Notes under the pieces: model-generated
What the model saw: the letters and a program-made list of their open reading frames with translations, nothing else
Database searches by the model: none
What the model was told of the DNA's origin: nothing
Shown here: positions 55,247 through 63,856 of the stretch, in pieces
Numbering within the stretch: the stretch's first letter is position 1
Layout of the letters: each line of letters begins with the position of its first letter
Assembly: GCA_021824605.1 (NCBI GenBank)
Contig: JAKAKH010000007.1
Location: 1-63,856, forward strand
DNA: 63,856 nucleotides
Origin: a bacterium
GTDB lineage: Bacteria; Patescibacteriota; Minisyncoccia; Phycocordibacterales; Phycocordibacteraceae
Direction of reading: 5' to 3'
Translations under genes and position numbers: made by a program

Positions 55247-57037
55247 ATGAATACAGCATATAGCATCGAAGATTTTCTAGAAGTAAAATCTGCTGGAGGT
55301 GCAAATTTTAGCCATGATGGCACGCGAGTTGTGTACCTGAGTAACGTTACGGGCACGTCTCAAATTTTCCTTGTGTCTGTTGATGATGAAGATCCTGAAC
55401 AGCTTACAGACTTCCAAGACCCTGTTTCTTTCGTGCAATTTTCTCCGACAGAGGATGTGCTCATATTTGGGAAAGCGGAGGGCGGCAACGAGCGGACGCA
55501 ATTCTATTTGCTAGATCTAGATACTCGGCAAGTCACTGACATCACCGCAAGGCCTGGCGTGAGACATGACTTTGGGGCATGGGCCCCAGACGGAACGAGT
55601 ATTTGCTTCGCATCAAATGAAAGAAATGGAAAAGATTTTGACGTATATGTTATGAATATTGCTACGTTTAAGAAACGCCGAATTTTCGATGATGGAGGGT
55701 GGTATGTGGCAGAAGGATTCTCTCCGCAAGCTACATACGTGGCTGCGCGGAAGAAACATTCGGCAGCGAATACAGATATATATCTTTACAATCTTAAGAC
55801 TGACAATGTCGAGTACATCACTCCGCACGACGGGAATGTATTTTACGCGAATCTTCTTTGGCTTCCTGATGAGTCTGCTTTTTTTCTCGTACAGGACCAA
55901 GATAGAGAATTCAAGGGTCTCGCGCGCTATTCGCTTGCTGAGAGAAGATTTCAGCATGTCCTTACTCCAGATTGGGACGTCGAAGACGCCGTCATAGATC
56001 GGGCCGGTAAGAATATAGCTGTCATCGTAAATGAGGAAGGATATGAACGAATGATGATATATGATACTTCAGGATTTGAAGTGCATTCATGCCATTTGCC
56101 CACTGGCAATATTTATAGAGCAAGATTTTCTGAGAATGGGTTGCAAATCGTGTTTAGTCTGGGTGACTCCTGTCGGACATCGGATATATGGATTCTTGTC
56201 TTACAGACAGGAGAATCGCATCAGCTCACTCATAGCCACCAAGACGTCCCGCCTGAGACAATGGTTGATCCGGAACTCATTCATTTCATTTCATTCGATG
56301 GGCTCTCAGTCCCGGCTTTTGTCTATAGGCCGAAAGGAGTTAGGCAGGGAATGAAGACCCCGGTAATTATCAATATTCATGGTGGTCCTGAGGAGCAGTA
56401 TCAGCCGATATATCAGCCAGTAATACAGTATCTAGTACACAATGGATATGCGGTGATTGCACCGAATGTACGTGGTAGCTCGGGCTACGGAAAATCATAC
56501 ATGGCACTCGATAATGTGGAGAAACGTTTGGATTCGGTGAAGGATATCGTTGCATTACGCGACTATATTGCCGATATGCCTGATATGGATGCTGCAAAAA
56601 TTGCGTTATATGGAGCAAGTTATGGAGGATTCATGGTTCTCGCGTGTATGGCATTTTATCCGAGACTTTGGGCTGCTGGAGTCGATATAGTAGGTATCGT
56701 GAATTTTGTTACATTTCTTGAGAACACGGCTTTGTATCGTCGTGCACTGCGAGAAGCTGAATACGGCTCGCTAGAGAAGGATAGGGGGTTTCTGGAAAAG
56801 ATCTCCCCCATACACTCGATTGAAAATATAAAAGCGCCGCTACTGTTGATTCACGGTGTGAATGACCCAAGGGTTCCAATTTCTGAAGCAGAGCAAGTAG
56901 TCGCGAGACTTAAGGAGATAGGCAGGTACGTTGAATTGCTCGTATATCCAGACGAGGGGCATGGGATTACAAAGCTTCAGAATAAGCTCGATGCGTATCC
57001 AAAGGCAATTGAGTTTCTAGATAAGGCATTAGCATAA
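55247..57037 (+). CDS. S9-family serine peptidase (prolyl oligopeptidase/DPP type) with N-terminal beta-propeller
   Basis: 596 aa. The catalytic Ser is in GASYGG, with downstream Asp (GVNDPRV) and His (DEGHGI). Confidence 0.88.
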   Translation: MNTAYSIEDFLEVKSAGGANFSHDGTRVVYLSNVTGTSQIFLVSVDDEDPEQLTDFQDPVSFVQFSPTEDVLIFGKAEGGNERTQFYLLDLDTRQVTDITARPGVRHDFGAWAPDGTSICFASNERNGKDFDVYVMNIATFKKRRIFDDGGWYVAEGFSPQATYVAARKKHSAANTDIYLYNLKTDNVEYITPHDGNVFYANLLWLPDESAFFLVQDQDREFKGLARYSLAERRFQHVLTPDWDVEDAVIDRAGKNIAVIVNEEGYERMMIYDTSGFEVHSCHLPTGNIYRARFSENGLQIVFSLGDSCRTSDIWILVLQTGESHQLTHSHQDVPPETMVDPELIHFISFDGLSVPAFVYRPKGVRQGMKTPVIINIHGGPEEQYQPIYQPVIQYLVHNGYAVIAPNVRGSSGYGKSYMALDNVEKRLDSVKDIVALRDYIADMPDMDAAKIALYGASYGGFMVLACMAFYPRLWAAGVDIVGIVNFVTFLENTALYRRALREAEYGSLEKDRGFLEKISPIHSIENIKAPLLLIHGVNDPRVPISEAEQVVARLKEIGRYVELLVYPDEGHGITKLQNKLDAYPKAIEFLDKALA

Positions 57038-57156
57038 TTTAGTATCATTGGTTCGATACTGACATACGTTCAGCCCACGGAGTTTCTGAGTCAGGAACTT
57101 TAGATCATCAACGATGGTTCATTTCTTTAGACTCACTAAAGCATATTTAAATTGCA

Positions 57157-57176
57157 GTTTAACTTTTATGTTAAAC
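57157..57176. promoter_or_regulatory. inverted repeat GTTTAAC-6 nt-GTTAAAC immediately upstream of the nitroreductase gene (possible operator)
   Basis: It is a perfect 7-bp inverted repeat that abuts the start region. Confidence 0.3.
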
Positions 57177-57177
57177 T

Positions 57178-58203
57178 TTGTCTATGATGTTTTCGTCGGC
57201 AGGTGATTTCGAACAGAAATTTCCATTTCAGAAAGAAATTTCCGAACAGATATATTTCTTGCTTGCGGCTGCCACTCGTGCACCCTCAACACATAATAGT
57301 CAGCCATGGCGATTTAAAATCGAGAGTGATCGACTTTTTGTTTATCGAGACACAAGCATTAAGTTTCCACATTCGGATTCGGTGAATCGATACGCATATA
57401 TCAGCATTGGATTTCTTCTCCATCACATAGAGACGCTGAGTTCGTGGCTTTCTATGAATCCACACATTACTCCTGTGAATAAGGATGATTGTGTTGCAGA
57501 GATTACATTTTCTCCTGCAATAAAGAGTGAAAGTACCCCCTCTCTTGTCGCAGCGATTTTCAGACGAAGGAATCGTCGCGGCAACTTTGAACCGAAGGTT
57601 ATTCCGCAAGAAGTACTCGGTGAAGCGGCTAGTGCCGAGGGTTCACCCTTTGGTTCTCCAGAAATTACGATTGCTACCAACAGGGACGTCCTTGCGAATA
57701 TTGCTGAGGCAACTTCGATCAACATGAAGCGCGTATATAAGAATCCGGCGTTTCGTCGCGAAATGGCGGCGTGGATTACACCGAATAATTCATCACGAAA
57801 GAGTGGTATCCCCGGGTACTCGCTTAATCAATCTATGGTAATGAGCTGGATACTTCCAAAAATCATTCGGTTTATAAATATGGGCAAGGTGCTTGCTGGC
57901 CTAAACAGGGCAGCAATAGTTTCGGCACCCGCTGCGTTTGGTTTCGGCGCTCCCGATTATCCAGATGGCTGGGTCTCAGTCGGTTTCGCTGCTTCCCATG
58001 CAGCTCTCACGCTCGTAGCGCATAATTTCGATTACGCGGTATTTGTCGCCTCAATCGAATACGACGATACTCGCCAATCTGTAGGAGAAATTTTCGGCCT
58101 CCATCAGCCACTTGAATTTCTTTTTGTGGCAGGAACTCTTTTCGGGGAAGCTTCGTGGATGACTCCACGAATATCAGTTGATGATAAACTTATGAAATCA
58201 TGA
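57178..58203 (+). CDS. Acg-family (tandem nitroreductase-fold) FMN-binding protein
   Basis: AATRAPSTHNSQPWRF and IFRRRNRRGNF match the Acg/Rv2032-type pattern. It is about 340 aa, and the true start is probably ATG 57184 or 57187. Confidence 0.75.
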   Translation: MSMMFSSAGDFEQKFPFQKEISEQIYFLLAAATRAPSTHNSQPWRFKIESDRLFVYRDTSIKFPHSDSVNRYAYISIGFLLHHIETLSSWLSMNPHITPVNKDDCVAEITFSPAIKSESTPSLVAAIFRRRNRRGNFEPKVIPQEVLGEAASAEGSPFGSPEITIATNRDVLANIAEATSINMKRVYKNPAFRREMAAWITPNNSSRKSGIPGYSLNQSMVMSWILPKIIRFINMGKVLAGLNRAAIVSAPAAFGFGAPDYPDGWVSVGFAASHAALTLVAHNFDYAVFVASIEYDDTRQSVGEIFGLHQPLEFLFVAGTLFGEASWMTPRISVDDKLMKS

Positions 58204-59255
58204 CAAGCAATTTCTCCGTTCGGATTTTTGATCCTCGCAAGACTGAAGACGCGGGCGAAATAACACGCCTTCGTGAAGAGGGATATGTTTTTGTCGATAC
58301 ATATGATGAACAAATCATGGAGCTTCGAGAGATACGTGATCCTCAGGCGGCAGGACAGACCCCAGCTCCGCTCTCTGATGATCCAGAAGAACGAGTGGTC
58401 GAGTATCCATGGCGTCAGACATTAGTCCGGATTGTTGGACCCGATGCTTACTTTGAATTGCGTACGAATAGAAATCATGAATTGCTTACAGTAGAGGAGC
58501 AAAAGCGTTTTGCAGCATCTCGCATTGGATTTGCGGGACTTAACGTTGGTAACCCGGGTGCAGTTTGTGTTGCGCTTGAGGGAGGATCGCATGCGATGAA
58601 GTTGACGGATTTCGATACTCTCTCATTGACTAATCTAAATCGATTCCGTGCCGGTCTTCCTGATCTTGGAGTGAACAAGGCAACGCTTACCGCTCGACAA
58701 ATACTCGAAATCGATCCTTATTATGAGATTGAATTGCACGATAAGGGTCTTTCACCATCCACGGTTGGTTCGTTCTTAAGTGAACCAAAGATTGATCTTC
58801 TTGTCGAAGAAATGGATGCACTTCCACTTAAGATTGCTGTTCGTGAAGAGGCTCGTCGACAAAAGATCCCGGTTGTTATGGTTACTGGGAATGGGGAGGG
58901 AATATTGCTTGACATCGAACGATATGATCTTGAGCCAGATCTACCCATTTTGAATGGTCTTCTCAGAGAGACAATAATCTCTGCTATTCACGATCCAATG
59001 ATTAAAACACTTTCGAAACGCAGTAAGGCACACCTCGCTCGTGATTTTATGGGAGTTCAGTATCTTGATTCCCGTCTAAATGATTCGTTTGAGTCATTCG
59101 GAATAGCTCTTGCAGGCATACCACAACTTGCCGAATCTTCTTTCCTGCGCGGCGCGGCACTTTGTTATGCTGCAAAAGCAATAATTCTGGGACGCAATCT
59201 TCCTTCAGGTCGCTACTCATTCTCGTTCTCCAGAAATCTTTCTCCCGTTTCATAA
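58200..59255 (+). CDS. ThiF/E1-like adenylyltransferase-fold protein (resembles the N-terminal half of Rv1355c-family proteins)
   Basis: It has an ATGA overlap with the upstream gene, a Rossmann-like IGFAGLNVGNPGA, and DFDTLSLTNLNR. It is 351 aa. Confidence 0.65.
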   Translation: MTSNFSVRIFDPRKTEDAGEITRLREEGYVFVDTYDEQIMELREIRDPQAAGQTPAPLSDDPEERVVEYPWRQTLVRIVGPDAYFELRTNRNHELLTVEEQKRFAASRIGFAGLNVGNPGAVCVALEGGSHAMKLTDFDTLSLTNLNRFRAGLPDLGVNKATLTARQILEIDPYYEIELHDKGLSPSTVGSFLSEPKIDLLVEEMDALPLKIAVREEARRQKIPVVMVTGNGEGILLDIERYDLEPDLPILNGLLRETIISAIHDPMIKTLSKRSKAHLARDFMGVQYLDSRLNDSFESFGIALAGIPQLAESSFLRGAALCYAAKAIILGRNLPSGRYSFSFSRNLSPVS

Positions 59256-59257
59256 AT

Positions 59258-60826
59258 ATGAACACAATTACCAACTTAGATTTGTTGTGGGTCGGCATCT
59301 CAGTTGCAGGCGCTGGCACGCTTGGGTACTCAATATATTTCTCAGAACCAAAAAGTTCAACCGCACGTTTTTTCCTATTATTTGCAGTTATTGGTATCTT
59401 TTGGAATCTGGCGAATTTCGCAAGTGCGCGTGTCACAAATCCGGAAAATCTTCTTTGGTCAATCCGTCTAGTTATCTTTTGCGCCGGCTGGCTTGTCTTT
59501 TCGCTTCTGTTACTTTCAATACAGTTTCCAGAATCAAGGTCTGTGATTGAAAAGAGGACATTTCTTGCTCTTATCTTATGGACTTCTTTTGTTTCCATTA
59601 CAACTCTTACTTCATTTGTATATAGGTCGGCCATATCAACGAATTACGCAATCAGTACACAAACCGGTCCAGGTATCGTGATTTTTGCAGTCACCGTTCT
59701 CGGATATGTTGTTGCTGCAATTTTTAATTTCGGATTGAAATTTCTGAAAGCAAAAGGAGAACAGAGACGTCAGTTCGAGTTCGTACTTTCCGGTCTTTCC
59801 ATAACTTTTGTCTTCCTGGTTGTTTTTGAGTTGATATTTCCAGCATTTTTAAATGATCCGATTTTTGTGCCATATGGAGGTCTTTTCTTTTTGCCTTTTA
59901 TTGTCGGGACAGCCTATGCAATCCTGCAGTATCGATTGTTTAATCCGCGGGTTGCGTTCTTCGGTGCCATGACTTTCATACTTGCGACAGCAACATTCTT
60001 TGATGTTCTTTTGTCCAGCACGTTCGGGCAGGTGCTTTATCGCGTTACAGAGCTCATTCTTATACTTATTGCAGGAATGTGGCTTCTTAAGAGTATGGTG
60101 CGAGAGTTTGAACTCGAACGGGAATTACAAGAAATTAACAAGCGGCAAGAGACACTCATCCACTTCATCGGGCACGAGGTCAAAGGTTTCCTGACGAAGG
60201 CGGAGGGTGCGCTCGCCGAGCTTGTGGAGGGCGATTTTGGTGCCCTGTCTGACCCCGCGAAAGGGTTTGCTGAACGCGCACTCACCGAGGCGCGGCAGGG
60301 AGTCGATTCGGTGTCGAATATTTTGAAAGCGTCGAACTTGAAGAAGGGAACGGTGACGTATACGAAAGAGCCGTTTGATATGAAAGAGCTCGTTGCCGGC
60401 GTGATCGAACGAGCGAAACCAGCAGCGGAGAAGAAGGGCTTGGTGCTCTCGTATGCTGCAGAGGATGCGGAATATCAAGTCGTGGGGGATAAAGAGCAGA
60501 TCAATACCCACGTGCTGCGCAATCTTATCGATAATGCGATTAACTACACCCCGTCAGGTTCAATCACGGTCTCTCTCAAGAAAGAGAATGGCAAGGTTGT
60601 TTTCGCGGTGAAGGATAGTGGTGTGGGTATCACCGAAGAGGATAAGAAACGTCTCTTTACCGAAGGTGGTCACGGGAAGGATTCACAGACGATCAATGTG
60701 CACTCGACGGGGTATGGGCTCTACATCGCGAAACAAGTCACTGAGGCTATGGGCGGCACCATCCATGCTGACTCAGAGGGGGCGGGGAAAGGCTCGACGT
60801 TCGTCGCTGAATTTCCGGCAGAGTAA
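59258..60826 (+). CDS. sensor histidine kinase with multi-TM N-terminal sensor domain
   Basis: The H-box is HFIGHEVKG, the N-box is LIDNAINYTP, and G-boxes are DSGVGI and GYGLYIAK. The ATG at 59258 lies 3 nt after the upstream stop. Confidence 0.88.
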   Translation: MNTITNLDLLWVGISVAGAGTLGYSIYFSEPKSSTARFFLLFAVIGIFWNLANFASARVTNPENLLWSIRLVIFCAGWLVFSLLLLSIQFPESRSVIEKRTFLALILWTSFVSITTLTSFVYRSAISTNYAISTQTGPGIVIFAVTVLGYVVAAIFNFGLKFLKAKGEQRRQFEFVLSGLSITFVFLVVFELIFPAFLNDPIFVPYGGLFFLPFIVGTAYAILQYRLFNPRVAFFGAMTFILATATFFDVLLSSTFGQVLYRVTELILILIAGMWLLKSMVREFELERELQEINKRQETLIHFIGHEVKGFLTKAEGALAELVEGDFGALSDPAKGFAERALTEARQGVDSVSNILKASNLKKGTVTYTKEPFDMKELVAGVIERAKPAAEKKGLVLSYAAEDAEYQVVGDKEQINTHVLRNLIDNAINYTPSGSITVSLKKENGKVVFAVKDSGVGITEEDKKRLFTEGGHGKDSQTINVHSTGYGLYIAKQVTEAMGGTIHADSEGAGKGSTFVAEFPAE

Positions 60827-60835
60827 GATTAGCCA

Positions 60836-61360
60836 ATGAACGATCACCCCGTATTTCATTCCCTTAAAGAAGCATACGCACTCCTTCAAGTATCTTCTCC
60901 AGGTGATCTCGCACGTAAATTCATTGAGGAAGATCAAAGGCTCTTAACCGCACAAGCATGGGACTATAAGAACTCTGGGCTTGTTCTGAATAAAGTGAAG
61001 GAAATAGTTGAAAGCGCACTCGATGGCGGGATTGTCTTGGATCAAGAGGATAATGATGATCTACGAGATATTTTGTGGTTTTGGTACCATCACGCTACTG
61101 GGTATGCAATTTGGGGTGATAAAGATAAGCTAAAAGCTCAGGAATTTTCTGAAAAGGCGCTCAAATATCAAATTGCCGATAATCCAAATCGAATCACCCG
61201 CCTACTCTATTTTCTCGTGCGTAGTAAAGACGCGGAAGCAACTGCTTGGCTTAAGACTATCATTAATGAGCCAGACAAGGGCATTTCCATGGAAATAATG
61301 AAAGAATATTTAGCCGGAAATTTTTTCAAATCTAAAACTTGCGTTCCTGTAGAGTTGTGA
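60836..61360 (+). CDS. hypothetical protein
   Basis: 174 aa, helical. No family is recognised. Confidence 0.45.
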   Translation: MNDHPVFHSLKEAYALLQVSSPGDLARKFIEEDQRLLTAQAWDYKNSGLVLNKVKEIVESALDGGIVLDQEDNDDLRDILWFWYHHATGYAIWGDKDKLKAQEFSEKALKYQIADNPNRITRLLYFLVRSKDAEATAWLKTIINEPDKGISMEIMKEYLAGNFFKSKTCVPVEL

Positions 61361-61417
61361 TACTATAAAAACGGTTGTTGATTCATGTGAATCAGCCGAT
61401 CTTTGTCAGGAGGCATC

Positions 61418-61993
61418 ATGCGAATCTTAAATGGGCGATCGCTTGATCTTCACGAGCTCAAGGAAGAAGATGTATCAACGCTCTATCTCTGGCGGAACTC
61501 GAGCGACTTCATCAGGCTGTGTTCAACTCGCCGGAACCTTGTTTCTCTTGAAGAATTTCGGACTGAACTACAGTCTGATCTGAAGAAAGACCGACACCGT
61601 CAATTCTTGATTAAGCGAAAGAGTGAATTTATCGGTACGATTTATTCCTACAATTTAAATCAAACTGATGGTCATGTTTTCGTGACGATCTTTATCGCCG
61701 AACCGTGGCGAAATAACGGTTATGGCGCGGAAGCCGTGATCGTGTTTCTCGAATACCTCTTCCGTGAGCATAGTCTCCACAAGGTATATGCCGAGGCCTA
61801 TAACTACAACACCGAGTCCCTCCATGCACTCGCGAGCGGAGGGTTCATCGAGGAAGGAAGGTTCGTGGATCACCGATTGTTCCATGGCAAACGCTACGAT
61901 CTCGTGCGACTTGCCTTCTTTAGAAGGCAAGTGAGTGAATCCTCGACACTCGTGGAAAGGGTCACTGGACGAGATCCGTCATATTGGTTGTAA
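61418..61993 (+). CDS. GNAT-family N-acetyltransferase
   Basis: AGGAGG lies 4 nt before the ATG at 61418. The GNAT motif region is WRNNGYGAEAVIVFLEYLF. Confidence 0.8.
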   Translation: MRILNGRSLDLHELKEEDVSTLYLWRNSSDFIRLCSTRRNLVSLEEFRTELQSDLKKDRHRQFLIKRKSEFIGTIYSYNLNQTDGHVFVTIFIAEPWRNNGYGAEAVIVFLEYLFREHSLHKVYAEAYNYNTESLHALASGGFIEEGRFVDHRLFHGKRYDLVRLAFFRRQVSESSTLVERVTGRDPSYWL

Positions 61994-62029
61994 ATTTTGC
62001 TCAACTAGAGCGGAAAGGAGGTGAGAGTT

Positions 62030-62308
62030 ATGAGTAAATTCAGCGACAGTAGCGGAACGTTCCGCAGTGGTACGGACAGTCGTGGAATGTCTCTTCGGAC
62101 CGTGTTGAACACAATGGTTCCAACAACCACGAGCACACGTGGTCGAAAACCGGCACCGATGGACAACACAAGGAAGGCTGGCACGGATCCAAGGCGGACA
62201 CATCCGGTAATCGCGGTAGCGACGACAGCAGCAAGTAATTCAGGCCCATTTCGGCGAGTAAAGTTCATCAATGGACTTTACTCGCCCTTTTTTATACAAT
62301 GTCTCTGA
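62030..62308 (+). CDS. small hydrophilic ORF with an unresolved reading frame
   Basis: AAAGGAGG lies 9 nt before the ATG at 62030. However, this frame reads through the terminator at 62253-62293, while the -1 frame stops at TAA 62236-62238 just before it. Confidence 0.35.
   Translation: MSKFSDSSGTFRSGTDSRGMSLRTVLNTMVPTTTSTRGRKPAPMDNTRKAGTDPRRTHPVIAVATTAASNSGPFRRVKFINGLYSPFFIQCL
62253..62293 (+). terminator. rho-independent terminator
   Basis: GGCGAGTAAAG (12-nt loop) CTTTACTCGCC followed by CTTTTTT. Confidence 0.75.
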
Positions 62309-63615
62309 TGAATTTCAATAAGAAGCTGTCAGACTTGTATTGGTCATTCAAAGACAGGAGGCCGGTAATCAAGTTCAATAGGAAGCCTGACTGTCATTTT
62401 TTGTATCTGCCAAGACATACTAAAAAGATATTCGTTGATATGTATATCAAGGCAGGAGCATTAGCCGAAAAAGAAGAACAGGCCGGTGTTGGACATCTCT
62501 TGGAACATTATCTCGCTACGCTTATAAGTAAAGAGCTCCCGAGAGGAGTAATTTTTGATGCAAAAATAAACGACTATTATATTGTCTTTTATTTAGAATC
62601 AGAGAACGAAAAAATTCTCGCTAATTTTATACAGAAATTCCTTGCTATACTTGCGAACCCAGATTTCTCTCATCAAGAGATATTCGACTACGAGAAGAAG
62701 TCGATCATCAACGAACTGGAAAAAGAAAAGAATAGCACAGAATTAAAACTGGAGAGATTAATCGAAAAGACCAGATATATTGATGAACCGAATGGACGGT
62801 CATTCGTCGACCATCTTCAAAGATTGGAAGACTTGAAAATCGAGGACATCGTCGCTTACCATAAAAATATCTTTACAAAAGAGAATGTAGAGATATTTGT
62901 GTCGGCAACAAAGTCGAACTCGCATATGTGCACCGCCATTAGCGATTCATTGCTCAAGTTACATTTGCCAGAAGGATTTGCGGTCTTTCCAAAACCGACG
63001 TATTCAGATTCTCAAATACAGACCTATAAAGAATCAGGCCTGTCTGGCAATTACATGGTAATGACATTTCCATCCATCAGCCGGTCAGCAAGCCTACGAG
63101 ATAAGATTGTTTTTGCACTGATGGTTGAAATCATTCGGGACAAGGATAGAAAAAATTTCTGGCAAAAGATCAGAGAGGCGGGCATCTACGATCTTAAGGT
63201 TACGTATAGTCAGGGTATCTATAATGGCTATCTCGCTCTGCAGAGTCATGTGAGTAAAGAACAGATCATGTTGTGGCTCGAAATCATTTGTAGCATGATT
63301 GGCGAATTAAAGGATGGAAAAATTGATCCACTTCTGTTCATAAATACGAAGAATAAGTGGGCTGACGATAGGTTGGCGTTCTGGCGAAGTAACGATGGGC
63401 GCTTCAGCATCTTGACGCAGAGTATTCTAGATCAAGAAGAGATCCCAAGATGCAAGACTGTCGAGGACATAGTTGCGTCTGTCAATAAACAGGATATAAG
63501 CGCAATGGCTCAAAAAACATTTGACAAGGGAAACATAAATCTCATCCTCTTCGGAGAAGATACGGGACTTGATCAGGATGAGTTGGGGCGTATGCTTATG
63601 CGCAACGGGAATTAA
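62299..63615 (+). CDS. M16-family (insulinase/pitrilysin-like) zinc peptidase
   Basis: The inverted zinc motif HLLEH (GVGHLLEHYLA) is present. It is 438 aa. Confidence 0.75.
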   Translation: MSLMNFNKKLSDLYWSFKDRRPVIKFNRKPDCHFLYLPRHTKKIFVDMYIKAGALAEKEEQAGVGHLLEHYLATLISKELPRGVIFDAKINDYYIVFYLESENEKILANFIQKFLAILANPDFSHQEIFDYEKKSIINELEKEKNSTELKLERLIEKTRYIDEPNGRSFVDHLQRLEDLKIEDIVAYHKNIFTKENVEIFVSATKSNSHMCTAISDSLLKLHLPEGFAVFPKPTYSDSQIQTYKESGLSGNYMVMTFPSISRSASLRDKIVFALMVEIIRDKDRKNFWQKIREAGIYDLKVTYSQGIYNGYLALQSHVSKEQIMLWLEIICSMIGELKDGKIDPLLFINTKNKWADDRLAFWRSNDGRFSILTQSILDQEEIPRCKTVEDIVASVNKQDISAMAQKTFDKGNINLILFGEDTGLDQDELGRMLMRNGN

Positions 63616-63676
63616 ATAGTGTCAGCTGCCACTGCCTCATTCCAGGCAACGTAAGGGAGTGGTACGATAAGACTCT

Positions 63677-63856
63677 ATGTCTTCTGAGATGGAAAAGTCG
63701 GCCCGAGTAGGGTCGGTCGTGCGGGCGTATGGCAAGGCCGCTTTTGCCTACCCATGGGCTCTCGGGCTTGCGGTCTTTGGAGCAATCACCATTGAGGTGG
63801 CTGGCGTTGTGGCGCCTCTGTACCTGCGACAATTCATTAATCTACTATCATCGGGT
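63677..63856 (+). CDS. ABC exporter, N-terminal transmembrane domain (3' end lies outside the window)
   Basis: MSSEMEKSARVGSVVRAYGKAAFAYPWALGLAVFGAITIEVAGVVAPLYLRQFINLL is a typical start for a type I ABC exporter TMD. It is not in the ORF track because no stop is reached. Confidence 0.6.
   Translation, partial: MSSEMEKSARVGSVVRAYGKAAFAYPWALGLAVFGAITIEVAGVVAPLYLRQFINLLSSG

Noticed and set aside
54995-59255. Calling the peptide, nitroreductase and ThiF-like set a thiazole/oxazole (TOMM, microcin B17-like) cluster.
   Set aside because: No YcaO cyclodehydratase is present. The flavoprotein is Acg-type rather than SagB/McbC-type. The peptide is separated from the enzymes by its own terminator and by a peptidase gene. 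I report these only as separate, speculative observations.

Overview
This 63.9-kb bacterial chromosome segment is a compositional mosaic. By eye, about 1-18.5 kb and 25.7-50 kb are GC-rich, while about 18.9-25.7 kb and 50.6-63.9 kb are clearly more AT-rich. The gene content is consistent with a reduced-genome, CPR/Patescibacteria-like organism, but that assignment is an inference from content only: a secretin-less type IV pilus locus, ligA, gatCA, a small central-carbon set and several TrmB regulators. I recognised about 75 protein genes:
- A complete pilM-N-O-B-(receiver)-T-C locus, two tandem pilins, pilD and four minor pilins (2-11187).
- ligA, gatC and gatA.
- One initiator-like tRNA-Met with a clear promoter.
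- ppa, a PAP2 phosphatase and an MFS transporter, bracketed by a duplicated roughly 300-bp tRNA-linked module.
- A low-GC island carrying an ATP-grasp ligase plus small accessory enzymes.
- An EmrAB-like efflux set with MarR.
- A CsoR/CstR-rhodanese-MBL operon with an operator.
- An RnfD-FNR fusion with an FMN-binding protein, and ApbE about 10 kb away.
- A glycerate kinase-ppsA-eno-dehydrogenase operon.
- An AT-richer right arm with TrmB regulators, an S9 peptidase, an Acg-type nitroreductase with a ThiF-like enzyme, a histidine kinase, and GNAT-M16-ABC genes.

The most interesting item is a 51-codon ORF, too short for the ORF track, directly downstream of a microviridin-type ATP-grasp ligase. 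It has its own promoter, RBS and terminator, and looks like a minimal graspetide RiPP cluster. A second hidden ORF encodes a 54-aa Gly/Asp/Cys-rich peptide. I saw no rRNA, CRISPR array, integrase or transposase.
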